From NCBI GenBank assembly GCA_003135555.1, contig PLCF01000034.1, positions 538 to 27,480 on the forward strand: 26,943 bases of DNA, in the 5' to 3' direction. Position numbers and translations under genes: made by a program. Of this stretch, positions 1 through 8,778 are shown in pieces. This DNA comes from Vulcanimicrobiota bacterium. Its GTDB lineage: Bacteria > Vulcanimicrobiota > Vulcanimicrobiia > Vulcanimicrobiales > Vulcanimicrobiaceae. The notes beneath the pieces were generated by a model. That model was not told the DNA's origin and did no database searches. It saw only the letters and a program-made list of their open reading frames with translations. Within the stretch, counting starts at the first letter, position 1, and each line of letters starts with the position of its first letter.

Positions 1-2
1 CC

Positions 3-416
3 ACCGCGCTCGCCGCCCTCGACACGCTCTGCAGCGGCGTCCACCAGCCGGGCACCCCGCAAGGCTGGAGCATCGAGGCGCCGTATCCGCCCAACCGCAG
101 CGCGTGGCGCGCTTCGCCGGAGAGCCGTTCGCTCGTTGCGCAGGTGGTGGGTCCCACGCAAGCCGGCCGCGACGCCGCGGATCTTTACGACGCTCACGGG
201 GCGACCGTGACGAGCGATCGTCGAGATTCCTGCGGCGCGACGACGATTCGTCGCGTGACTGCGACGCTCGACGACGGGCGCACCCAGGAGTTTGCCTCGG
301 GAACACTCCGCGGCTACGACTACGTCGTTGCATACGTGCGCCCGGCGTCTGCGCCAGCCGACCCTGGCGCGATAGCGACGCTGACCTCGTTCTGCACGGA
401 GACCGCGCTGCGTTGA
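3..416 (+). CDS. Hypothetical protein, C-terminal part (5' truncated by window edge)
   Basis: The frame of ORF 144..416 is open from base 3 (TALAALDTLCSGVHQPG...) to TGA at 414-416, with GC-rich third codon positions. Confidence 0.7.
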   Translation, partial: TALAALDTLCSGVHQPGTPQGWSIEAPYPPNRSAWRASPESRSLVAQVVGPTQAGRDAADLYDAHGATVTSDRRDSCGATTIRRVTATLDDGRTQEFASGTLRGYDYVVAYVRPASAPADPGAIATLTSFCTETALR

Positions 417-426
417 CCCTGCCCGC

Positions 427-1095
427 CTAGACCCCGCCTGGGATCGCCATCGTCCGCGGTTCGCTCGGCACGCTCAGCGCGGCACCCGTCGCGGTCCGGA
501 CCTCATCGACGCTGACGCCGGGCGCCAGCTCGCGCAGCACGAGCCCCGCGGGCGTGATGTCGATCGTGGCCAAGTCGGTGATGATCTGATGCACGACCTG
601 CTTCCCGGTGAGTGGCAGCGTGCACGCGTCGAGGATCTTGTGCGCGCCGCCTTTGGCCGTGTGCTCCATCATGACGATCACGCGCTTCGCGCCGTGCACG
701 AGATCCATCGCGCCGCCCATGCCTTTGACCATCTTGCCGGGGATGATCCAGTTTGCGAGATCGCCGTTCTGCGCGACTTGCATCGCGCCCAGGACGGCCA
801 CGTCGACGTGCCCGCCGCGGATCATGCCGAACGACGCCGACGAGTCGAAGAACGACGCCCCGGGGAGCACGGTGACGGTCTCCTTGCCAGCGTTGATGAG
901 GTCGGGATCTTCCTGGCCCTCGAGCGGATACGGGCCGAAGCCGAGGATCCCGTTCTCGCTTTGCAGTACGACCGTGACGCCCGCCGGGATGTAGTTCGGG
1001 ATGAGCGTCGGCAAGCCGATCCCCAGGTTTACGTATTGTCCGTCGCGCAGCTCCTGGGCGACGCGCGCGGCGAGCTGGGTTCGCGTTAGCGCCAC
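427..1095 (-). CDS. scoB: 3-oxoacid CoA-transferase subunit B
   Basis: [14 protein letters not shown] (catalytic Glu), DLINAGK and [10 protein letters not shown] motifs; lies 2 bp downstream of subunit A. Confidence 0.93.
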   Translation of the reverse strand: MALTRTQLAARVAQELRDGQYVNLGIGLPTLIPNYIPAGVTVVLQSENGILGFGPYPLEGQEDPDLINAGKETVTVLPGASFFDSSASFGMIRGGHVDVAVLGAMQVAQNGDLANWIIPGKMVKGMGGAMDLVHGAKRVIVMMEHTAKGGAHKILDACTLPLTGKQVVHQIITDLATIDITPAGLVLRELAPGVSVDEVRTATGAALSVPSEPRTMAIPGGV

Positions 1096-1097
1096 GG

Positions 1098-1859
1098 TCA
1101 GCGGCCTCCGTTACGGCTGCGCGTGGTGACGCGCTCGATGCGTTTTCCGGCCTCGCCCACCTCGACGACGCGCTGCACGTAGATCCCCGGGAGATGCACC
1201 TGCTCGGGATCGATCTGGCCCGGCTCGACCAAGTGCTCGACCTCGGCCAGCGTGATCTTTCCCGCCATCGCGCAGAGCGGGTTGAAGTTGCGCGTCGCCT
1301 TGTGGAAGACCAGGTTGCCGTGCCGGTCGCCGACGCTGGCCCGCACCAGCGCGACGTCGCAAACGATCCCTTCTTCGAGCACGTATTCGCGGCCGCCGAA
1401 CGTCCGCGTCTCCTTGCGTGGTGACGCCAGCGCGACCGATCCGTCGGTGTTGTAGCGCCAGGGCAAGCCGCCGTCGGCGACTTGGGTCCCCACACCCGCC
1501 GGGGTGAAGAACGCCGGGATTCCGCAGCCCCCGGCGCGCAGCCGCTCGGCCAGCGTCCCTTGCGGCACGAGCTCGACCTCCAGCTCGCCGCTGAGGTACT
1601 GGCGTTCGAATTCCTTGTTCTCGCCGACGTACGAGCCCGTGGTGCGCCGGATTCGCTTCGCATCGAGCAGCACGCCCAGCCCCCAGCCGTCGACGCCGCA
1701 GTTGTTGGACACCGTTACGAGCCCGGTGGCGCCTTGCACGAGCAACGCGCTGATGAGGTTGTGCGGAACTCCGTTGAGCCCGAAACCGCCGACCGCCAGC
1801 GACGCACCGTCGGGAATGTCTCGTACCGCCTCGGCACACGAGGCGACGACTTTGTCCAT
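1098..1859 (-). CDS. scoA: 3-oxoacid CoA-transferase subunit A
   Basis: Start placed at MDKVV (ATG 1859); [33 protein letters not shown] and RNFNP motifs. Confidence 0.93.
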   Translation of the reverse strand: MDKVVASCAEAVRDIPDGASLAVGGFGLNGVPHNLISALLVQGATGLVTVSNNCGVDGWGLGVLLDAKRIRRTTGSYVGENKEFERQYLSGELEVELVPQGTLAERLRAGGCGIPAFFTPAGVGTQVADGGLPWRYNTDGSVALASPRKETRTFGGREYVLEEGIVCDVALVRASVGDRHGNLVFHKATRNFNPLCAMAGKITLAEVEHLVEPGQIDPEQVHLPGIYVQRVVEVGEAGKRIERVTTRSRNGGR

Positions 1860-1864
1860 AGGAA

Positions 1865-1870
1865 ACCGTA
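1865..1870 (-). promoter_or_regulatory. Possible -10 element of a leaderless scoAB transcript
   Basis: TACGGT (TANNNT) ends 5 nt before the ATG, and no Shine-Dalgarno is visible. Confidence 0.35.
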
Positions 1871-1975
1871 GGTGCGCCAATCGGCGCGCGCGGTCCCGCC
1901 CGCCGGCCGGCTGAGAAAACTGCCCGACACGATAGGTCCCCCGGCCGAGTTCGCACGGTAGCCTTAGACCGACCA

Positions 1976-3592
1976 GTGCGACAAATGCGACTCCCCGTGA
2001 TCCGCAGCGATCGCGAGGCACATCCCGCGCGCGAGCTCGCGCGCGTTTGGACGCGCGTGTTCGACCACGTGGTCGAGCCGGAGCTGCGCCTGCGCGCGGT
2101 GTTGTCGCTGAGCCGCATGCTCGCGAACGCGCAACGCGGCATCGTATTCGCCGAGGACAGCGTGCTGGCCGGTTTTCCGGGCGCCAACGACGCGCCGCCG
2201 GTCCGGCGCTTGTTCGAACGCGCCCGCCGGGTGCTCGAGGACGAACTGATCACGCCCGAGCTGTACGTGGCGCGCATCGCGCCGAGCCGGCCCGAACGGC
2301 TCGCGCTGCGCTGGAACAGCGCGGACGACGGCGCCGTCGATGTGGCGCGGGCGATCGCCGCGAGCTGCGCGTGGGCGCTCGACCCGCAGTTCGTTCCGGC
2401 CCGCGCACCGGCCGAGCTGCCCGACGGCACCGCGACCTTGCAGCGCCTCGAGCAGCTCGTGCACGACGCGCGGCGGATGCGGCGTTCGTTCGCGGTCGTC
2501 TACGTCGAGCTCGAGGCGCCCGCCTCGGCCGTCGCGGGCGCGTTCGCCCGCGACGCCGTAGCGCGCAACCTGCGCCGTGAGGTGCGCGCAAACGATCACC
2601 TCGGTCACCTCGGCGGCGACGCATACCTCGCGCTACTCTCGCTGGACGGCAACGAGTCCGAGGCGTACCACGCCGCGCAGCGCTTGTTGCGCGTCGCCGC
2701 GGCGGCGGCGTCGGACGCGACGGCGAACGTCGGCGTCGCGATCTGCCCCGAGGACGGCGTGCTGGCGGAGGATCTGGTCGAGAAGGCCAGCGCCGCGGCG
2801 ATGGCGGCGGCCTCGGTGGGCGGAGCCCAACCGTACTGGTATCGCGAGTCGGTGGGGCGCGCGTTGCGCGAACGCGCCCTCACCCGGGCGGTGCTCGCCG
2901 ACGGCGATCCGGCGACGCTGTTCGAGCTGCGCTATGCCCCGGTCTTCGAAGCGCAGACCGGCACGCTGTGGGGGGCGACGGCGGAGGTGCATTGGCGGGC
3001 GCCCGACGCGCCCGCCCTGACGCCGCTAGCGTACCTCGGGGACGAGTCGGAGCGGGCGGCGCGGGACGCGTTGCAGCGCTGGCTGATCGCCAACGCCGCG
3101 CGGGCGCAACGAAGTTGGCGCGCGGCGGGGCTGGACGTACGCGTCCACCTGGTGCTGGCGACGACCGGCGACGCCGCGCTCGAGGCGATCTCGGCCGGCT
3201 TCGGCAGCGACGACTCGATGCGGCGCGCTTGGATCGAGATCGCCGCGGACCGCCCGGAGTCCGGCGAGCTGGAGTCGTTTGCGCGCAAGCTCCACGCGCT
3301 CGGCGCCGCCGTCGGGATCGGGGCCTGGCGTACGCCGTTCGACGTCGCCGGCGGGCTCATCGACTTCGTCAGCGTCGCCGACGGCCCCGACGTACGGACG
3401 CTGGCGGCGCTCGCGCTGGGCTCGGTCCTCGCCCCGGTGGTGATCGCGGGCGGCGTTCCCGACCGCGAGCGCGCCCGATGGCTGGCTCGGCACGGGGCCA
3501 CGGCCCTAACGGGCAAGGGACTTAGCGCTCCCATGGGTTTACCGGAGCTCGTCCGGTGGGCAAGTGACCGAGCAGGCTCGATCGGATTGTGA
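1976..3592 (+). CDS. Degenerate GGDEF-EAL protein with GAF-like N-terminus (likely catalytically dead)
   Basis: RANDHLGHLGGDAY, VGVAICPEDG and FELRYAPVF; EAL, DDFG and QGY motifs are lost. Start may be ATG 1985. Confidence 0.85.
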   Translation: MRQMRLPVIRSDREAHPARELARVWTRVFDHVVEPELRLRAVLSLSRMLANAQRGIVFAEDSVLAGFPGANDAPPVRRLFERARRVLEDELITPELYVARIAPSRPERLALRWNSADDGAVDVARAIAASCAWALDPQFVPARAPAELPDGTATLQRLEQLVHDARRMRRSFAVVYVELEAPASAVAGAFARDAVARNLRREVRANDHLGHLGGDAYLALLSLDGNESEAYHAAQRLLRVAAAAASDATANVGVAICPEDGVLAEDLVEKASAAAMAAASVGGAQPYWYRESVGRALRERALTRAVLADGDPATLFELRYAPVFEAQTGTLWGATAEVHWRAPDAPALTPLAYLGDESERAARDALQRWLIANAARAQRSWRAAGLDVRVHLVLATTGDAALEAISAGFGSDDSMRRAWIEIAADRPESGELESFARKLHALGAAVGIGAWRTPFDVAGGLIDFVSVADGPDVRTLAALALGSVLAPVVIAGGVPDRERARWLARHGATALTGKGLSAPMGLPELVRWASDRAGSIGL

Positions 3593-3677
3593 GCAAGACG
3601 ATCGGCCCTCTCCGGGCGGGGAGATTTTCCAGGGCCTCACGACGTGATGACGGGCGCGCCTTCGCTGAGGCTGGAAT

Positions 3678-5420
3678 GTGGTACCCGAGGACGTGGAGAT
3701 GATGACGCCTGAGCGGCGACGAGAACATGCCGAAACCGACGGCCTCGCGGAGCTTTTCCACGCGGCAGTCGAATCGCGCCGGTCGACGCCGGAGCTGATG
3801 CGCGTGATCCTCGCCGGAGCGCTGCCCCTGGCGGGCGCCGACGTCGCCCTCGTCTGCAATGCCGACGGGTCCCTGCTCGCCAGCGCCACCTCCGAGGGCG
3901 TTCCCGAAGAGGCGGCCCGCGAGCTGGCGCTCGAAGCGTCGCGCGTCTCGGTGCGCGAGAGCGACGACGACGACCGCTTCGTAGCGCGGCTGACGGCCAG
4001 CGCGCCGTACATCTTTGCCATCCGGTGGGCGCGCGGCCGCTCGGCCCACCACGGCGTCGCGCAAGCGGTCGCCGGCGCGATCGCGCGGCTGCTGCTGCGA
4101 ACCGACGAAGAGGTCGAGCCGATCCGCGACGGCGCCATCGATCCGCTCACCGAGCTGCCCTCCCGCACGGCGACGCTGCGCCATCTCGACAACGTCCTGG
4201 CCGCGGCGCAACGCGGCGGTGGTCGCGTCGGCGTGCTGTTCATCGACCTCGACGGTTTCAAGGCGATCAACGACACCTTCGGCCATGCGGTCGGCGACCA
4301 GACGCTGATCGAAGCCGCGCGGCGGATGCGCGAAAGCGTCCGGCGCAACGACCTGGTCGGGCGCATCGGCGGCGATGAGTTCGTGGCCATCCTCACGGTC
4401 GTTGACGACGAGCTGGAAATGGTCGAAGCGGCGCAACGCTTTCTCGAGCGGGTGCTCATCGAGGTGCAGGAGGGCGGCTTCACCAGCCTGGTCCGCGCCA
4501 GCATCGGGATCGCGGTATCGCCGGACGACGGCACGACCCCGGATCAGCTGCTGCAGCACGCCGACGAGGCGCTCTACGCCGCCAAGGAGAGCGGCGGGAA
4601 CAGCGTGCGCTGGTACCGCGACGGGGTCAGCCAGGAGGTACGGGCGCGCCGGGAGTTCCGCGAGCGTTTGCGCGACGCGGACTTCGAGCGCGACTTCATG
4701 CTCTGCTATCAGCCCATCGTTTCGGCGTCGACGATGCGCGTCGTCGGTGCCGAAGCGCTGGTGCGATGGCGCCACCCGTCGCGCGGCTGGCTGACGCCGC
4801 GCACCTTTCTGGACTTCAAGGGTGGCGCCATGGCGTCGTCCGCGCTCGACGTGAAGGTCGTCCACGCGGTCGCCGAGATGCTGCGGACGGCGAGCGACCG
4901 CATCGGGGTACGCATCCACGTCAACATCTCCAATGCCAACGCGGCAGTGTGGACCGAGCTCGAGGAGATGATCCGCGAGATCGATGACGCCGCGAGCAAG
5001 CTGGCGCTCGAGGTGCGCGAGACGACGATGATGGCCGACACGGAGAGCGGCGGCACGTTTCTGCGCCATGCGCGCCGCATCGGGATCCCGATCGGGCTCG
5101 ACGGGTTCGGCGCGACGCCGACCTCGCTCTCGGCGATGGCGTCGCTGCCGCTCGATTTCATCAAAGTCGACCGCCGGGTGACCAATCCCAACCAAGAAGA
5201 CGGACAGTGGAAACGGGTCGCGCGAGCGGCGATCGGCGTCGCCCACACGTTGCAGATCCGGACCGTCGCCGACGGCGTCGAGGACCGCGAGCAAGCGCGC
5301 TGGCTGGTCGCCAACGGCGTCGAGCAGCTGCAGGGCTACCTCATCGCCCAGCCGATGACCGCGCCGGACTTCTCGGATTGGCTGCGCTCGGCCCGAGCGG
5401 GGGTCCGCGACCTCTGGTAA
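3678..5420 (+). CDS. Diguanylate cyclase/phosphodiesterase (GGDEF-EAL)
   Basis: DPLTELP, FIDLDGFKAINDTFGHAVGD, RRND-x5-GGDEF, YQPIV, AEALVRW, KVDR and QGY. Start uncertain (3678, 3699 or 3702). Confidence 0.93.
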   Translation: MVPEDVEMMTPERRREHAETDGLAELFHAAVESRRSTPELMRVILAGALPLAGADVALVCNADGSLLASATSEGVPEEAARELALEASRVSVRESDDDDRFVARLTASAPYIFAIRWARGRSAHHGVAQAVAGAIARLLLRTDEEVEPIRDGAIDPLTELPSRTATLRHLDNVLAAAQRGGGRVGVLFIDLDGFKAINDTFGHAVGDQTLIEAARRMRESVRRNDLVGRIGGDEFVAILTVVDDELEMVEAAQRFLERVLIEVQEGGFTSLVRASIGIAVSPDDGTTPDQLLQHADEALYAAKESGGNSVRWYRDGVSQEVRARREFRERLRDADFERDFMLCYQPIVSASTMRVVGAEALVRWRHPSRGWLTPRTFLDFKGGAMASSALDVKVVHAVAEMLRTASDRIGVRIHVNISNANAAVWTELEEMIREIDDAASKLALEVRETTMMADTESGGTFLRHARRIGIPIGLDGFGATPTSLSAMASLPLDFIKVDRRVTNPNQEDGQWKRVARAAIGVAHTLQIRTVADGVEDREQARWLVANGVEQLQGYLIAQPMTAPDFSDWLRSARAGVRDLW

Positions 5421-5501
5421 GCGCAGAGTCTTTACCCAGCGCGCGGCTTGCTTGCTGGTGAATTCCCGGCCCGGCTGCGAACACTCAGACCCCATAACGT
5501 G

Positions 5502-6470
5502 ATGAACGACCTGGAGCGAACACCGACGAGCGGCGCCCTCCCTCATGGCGATCCGCGGTTTTCCGCTCGCGACGGGCGCTCTTCGGGGACGCTGGGGTAT
5601 GCCGCCGACGTCTTCGCCGCAATCGCGGGCGCCGAGCACAGCGCCGTGCGTTCGTTCTTCGACGGCGCCGCGTCACCTCACGATTGCAACGACGAGGAGC
5701 GCGATTGGTGCGCGCTGCTGCGCGATCTCCAACTGCGCGACGAGCCGCTGCCGGCGCTGGTGGTGCGCAGCCGCAACGCCGGTGCGATGTTCCTGGTCTT
5801 CGGGCGCCATGGCGGCCCGCTTGCGGTGATCCGGCTGCACCCCGACGAGGCGCACGGATTTCGACCGGCGCAGATCGCGCAGACGCGACGCTTCCTCGAA
5901 GAACATGGCGCCGCGATCACGCACTGGATCGTCGACGGCGCGGCCCCGGAGTGGCGCCGCAGCAGCGCGCCGGTGACCTTCGTGATCGACGAGCAACTGC
6001 GCCCGGTGCTGGCCGAGGAACCGTCGCCCGACGACTCGCCGCTGCATTCGCTCTATCGGCCGCAAGGCGGTGAGACGCCGCCGCTGCTCGCCGAAACCTT
6101 GGCGCAGCTCGTCCGCGAGCTGCAGTCGTCGATCAGCGGCGTGGCCGTGTCGCGCGCGCTCCCGTTCGCGCTCGTCCGCGTCGCGCGGCTGGCCGGCGGG
6201 GCGGCGGCATTCTACCTCGTCTCGGTCGAGCCGGCGCGCCGGCGCGCGACGATCTTGCGTGCGATGACGCGCTACCGGCTCAGCCGCCGCGAAGGGCAGG
6301 TTCTGGGCGAGGTGCTACGCGGTTCCTCGAGCACCGAGATCGGCGAGTCGCTGTCGATCTCCGGCTCGACGGCGACCTTTCACCTCAAGCAGTTGCTGCG
6401 CAAGACCAGCTCGCGCAACCGCACCGAGCTCACCGCGCGCGTCCTAGGTTGGGAAGAGGGCTCGCAGTAG
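5502..6470 (+). CDS. LuxR-family HTH transcriptional regulator with unassigned N-terminal region
   Basis: C-terminal LSRREGQVL...GSSSTEIGESLSISGSTATFHLKQLLRK..RNRTEL. Start uncertain (5499/5502; ORF extends to 5448). Confidence 0.85.
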   Translation: MNDLERTPTSGALPHGDPRFSARDGRSSGTLGYAADVFAAIAGAEHSAVRSFFDGAASPHDCNDEERDWCALLRDLQLRDEPLPALVVRSRNAGAMFLVFGRHGGPLAVIRLHPDEAHGFRPAQIAQTRRFLEEHGAAITHWIVDGAAPEWRRSSAPVTFVIDEQLRPVLAEEPSPDDSPLHSLYRPQGGETPPLLAETLAQLVRELQSSISGVAVSRALPFALVRVARLAGGAAAFYLVSVEPARRRATILRAMTRYRLSRREGQVLGEVLRGSSSTEIGESLSISGSTATFHLKQLLRKTSSRNRTELTARVLGWEEGSQ

Positions 6471-6472
6471 GT

Positions 6473-8050
6473 TCAGCACACTAGGCGGTCGACGCGCCCG
6501 GCCAGTTGCCGGGCCGCAAAGGCCAGCAGCAGCGCGGCCTCGCCCAACGCGACGAGCATCCCGCCCAACGATCCGGCGACCAACGGAGACCCCAGCAGGT
6601 ATCCGGCTACCGCGCCGCCGGCGACGGCCGGAACGATCAGCGCGAAGCTCAGCACGACGCGGAACATCGTCGCGGGACCGCGCTGGTCGAGCGCGTTGGG
6701 GAGCAGCGCGAACACCGCGACTCCGACCGCGCGCGTGAGCGCGAGCAGCCCCAGCGCGGCGGCATACAGCGGCAGCGGCGTACGGATATCTCCGCTCACC
6801 GCGGAGTAAGCGACGGCGGCGAGCGCGACGAGGATCGCGTCGCGCCAGAGCGAGCCCAACGCCCACGCGGCGAGCCGCGCGGTCAGCGATGCTCCGCCCA
6901 GCCAGAACAGCGGGATGCGCAGCGCCGGCGCGAGCCGCACACCGGTGGTCGAAGTCACCACGATATACAGACCCGGGAGCGTCCCGACGAGGATCCCGAC
7001 CGCGATCTCCGGGGTGCCGCGCCCAAAACCACCCAGCGCGGCGCCGGCGAAGAGTGCGAGCGCCGCGGCCCCCGCGGTGACCAGCGGTGAGACGCGGCGG
7101 CTGAAGCCGAGCGCATCGGCCCACAGCAGCGCCGCCGCCCCGCGCAGGCGCGACGCCGTCGCGCTGCGCACCGCGCCGCTGCGCGCCATAGGCGAACCCG
7201 TCTCCGCGCCGCGTCCCCCACGGCGCGCTTGCCGCTGCGCGCGCCAGTCCAAATTGGCGAGCGACAGCGTGTAGAGCTCGGGATATGCGTCGCGCGCCGC
7301 GAGCACGAACGCGGCGCTCGCGCACGCCGCCACGGCCAGCGGGAGCGCGAGCGCGCGCAGATCGTTCGCCGCCAACGCGTCGAGCAACTGTCCGGGATGC
7401 AGCGCGGGTGCGTGCGCGAGCAGGGCCTGCGAACCGGGTAGCTGCACCAGGCGTAGCGCATCGGCGAGCAACGGTATCGTCGCGCAAGCCGCGATCGCGC
7501 AGCCGGCCGCGACCAGCGCGAGACGTGTCGCGCCGCGCGCCAACGCGCGCGGCAGCGCGACGCTCGCTATGGCGGCGCCCGCCGCGCCGAAAAATGCGAT
7601 GTCCGCGACGAGCGCGTGCACGCCGGTCGCCGAGGGGATGGCGACGACGATGAGGTATGCGAACCGGGTGAAGCCGCGCGCGAGGGCGGTGAGCACCAAC
7701 CGCAGCTGCAGGTACGTCGCTACCAGCAGCGGCGGCGACGCCGCGCGGGTGATCAGCAGCGCCTCGGCTCGGCTCGTGAAAACGCCGACCGAGCGCGAGG
7801 TCCCGGTGGCGAGCAGCACCCCGAACGCGACCGCGATCCCGCAGACCCAGAAGTCGGCGAAAGCGAGCGCGATCGAGGACGGCGCGCGCGCGGCCCGGTA
7901 TGGCGCGCTCGTTTTGAAGACGGCGAATCCCAGCACGGCGAGCGCGTAGAGCGCCCACATCAGCGCCCGTCCGGGATGCCGTCGCAGTTCGCGCAGCGTG
8001 TTGATCGCCACGCGGCCGTCGGCGTAGGCGAGCGAAAGGATCGCGTTCAC
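6473..8050 (-). CDS. Putative ABC exporter permease (multi-pass membrane protein)
   Basis: Many hydrophobic segments; GTG 8050 (VNAILSLAY) overlaps the ATPase TGA (GTGA). The longer ORF to 8641 overlaps the ATPase and looks spurious. Confidence 0.8.
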   Translation of the reverse strand: MNAILSLAYADGRVAINTLRELRRHPGRALMWALYALAVLGFAVFKTSAPYRAARAPSSIALAFADFWVCGIAVAFGVLLATGTSRSVGVFTSRAEALLITRAASPPLLVATYLQLRLVLTALARGFTRFAYLIVVAIPSATGVHALVADIAFFGAAGAAIASVALPRALARGATRLALVAAGCAIAACATIPLLADALRLVQLPGSQALLAHAPALHPGQLLDALAANDLRALALPLAVAACASAAFVLAARDAYPELYTLSLANLDWRAQRQARRGGRGAETGSPMARSGAVRSATASRLRGAAALLWADALGFSRRVSPLVTAGAAALALFAGAALGGFGRGTPEIAVGILVGTLPGLYIVVTSTTGVRLAPALRIPLFWLGGASLTARLAAWALGSLWRDAILVALAAVAYSAVSGDIRTPLPLYAAALGLLALTRAVGVAVFALLPNALDQRGPATMFRVVLSFALIVPAVAGGAVAGYLLGSPLVAGSLGGMLVALGEAALLLAFAARQLAGRVDRLVC

Positions 8051-8778
8051 GCGGTCGGCCCGTCGGCGGTTTGATGCGCGGTAACGTCGAGGAAGACGTC
8101 TTCGAGCGAACCGCCTTGGCGGCGCGCGCGCAACTCCTCGATCGTCCCCTCGACGACGAGCCTTCCGCGATCGATCACCAGCATGCGATCGCACATCGCG
8201 GCGGCACTCTCCAAGAGGTGGGAACTGACGAGGATCGAGTGGCCTTCGGCCCGCAGGTCGGCGACAATCGCGCGCAGCTCGCGCTGTCCCAGCGGGTCCA
8301 GACCGATCAACGGTTCGTCGAGGAGCAGCACCGGAGCGCCGCCCAAAACCGTCGCGGCGACGAGCGTCTTCTGGCGCATCCCCTTGGAGAGCGCGTTTCC
8401 CAGCGTGTCGCGTTCGCCGGTCAGCGCGAGCCGCGCCAGTAGCTCCTCGGCGCGCCGCTCCCAACCCGCGGGCCGCCGCGTGAGCGCGGCGACGAAGGCG
8501 AGGTGTTCCCACACGGTGAGCATCGGATACACTTCGGGCGTCTCCGGGATGAGCGCGATCGCGCGTCCACGGTCCGGACCCAGAACCACGCCGTCCAACG
8601 CGATCGTGCCGGCATCCGGTCGCACCAGTCCGGCCAGGCACATGAACGTCGTCGACTTTCCGGCGCCGTTCGGCCCGGCGACCGCCACGATCTCGCCGTC
8701 GGCCACGTCGAACGACAGATCGTCGACGGCAACCCGCGAACCGAAGCGCCGGGTCAGGCCGCGAACGCGCAGGCTCAG
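8047..8778 (-). CDS. ABC transporter ATP-binding protein (ABC-2 type)
   Basis: GPNGAGKST, LSKGMRQK, LLLDEP, SSH and SLEDVFL. The typical N-terminus LRVRGLTRRFGSRVAVDDLSF extends upstream of 8706 to CTG 8778. Confidence 0.9.
   Translation of the reverse strand: MSLRVRGLTRRFGSRVAVDDLSFDVADGEIVAVAGPNGAGKSTTFMCLAGLVRPDAGTIALDGVVLGPDRGRAIALIPETPEVYPMLTVWEHLAFVAALTRRPAGWERRAEELLARLALTGERDTLGNALSKGMRQKTLVAATVLGGAPVLLLDEPLIGLDPLGQRELRAIVADLRAEGHSILVSSHLLESAAAMCDRMLVIDRGRLVVEGTIEELRARRQGGSLEDVFLDVTAHQTADGPTA

Noticed and set aside
3522..5639. 705-aa antisense ORF, plus other long shadow ORFs such as 6444..7958, 18297..19604 and 24440..25636
   Set aside because: They overlap well-supported genes, have Arg/Gly/Ala-skewed or mirror-frame composition, and are expected at high GC.
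8051..8641. N-terminal extension of the permease ORF
   Set aside because: Out-of-frame overlap with the ATPase; the GTGA-coupled start at 8050 fits better.
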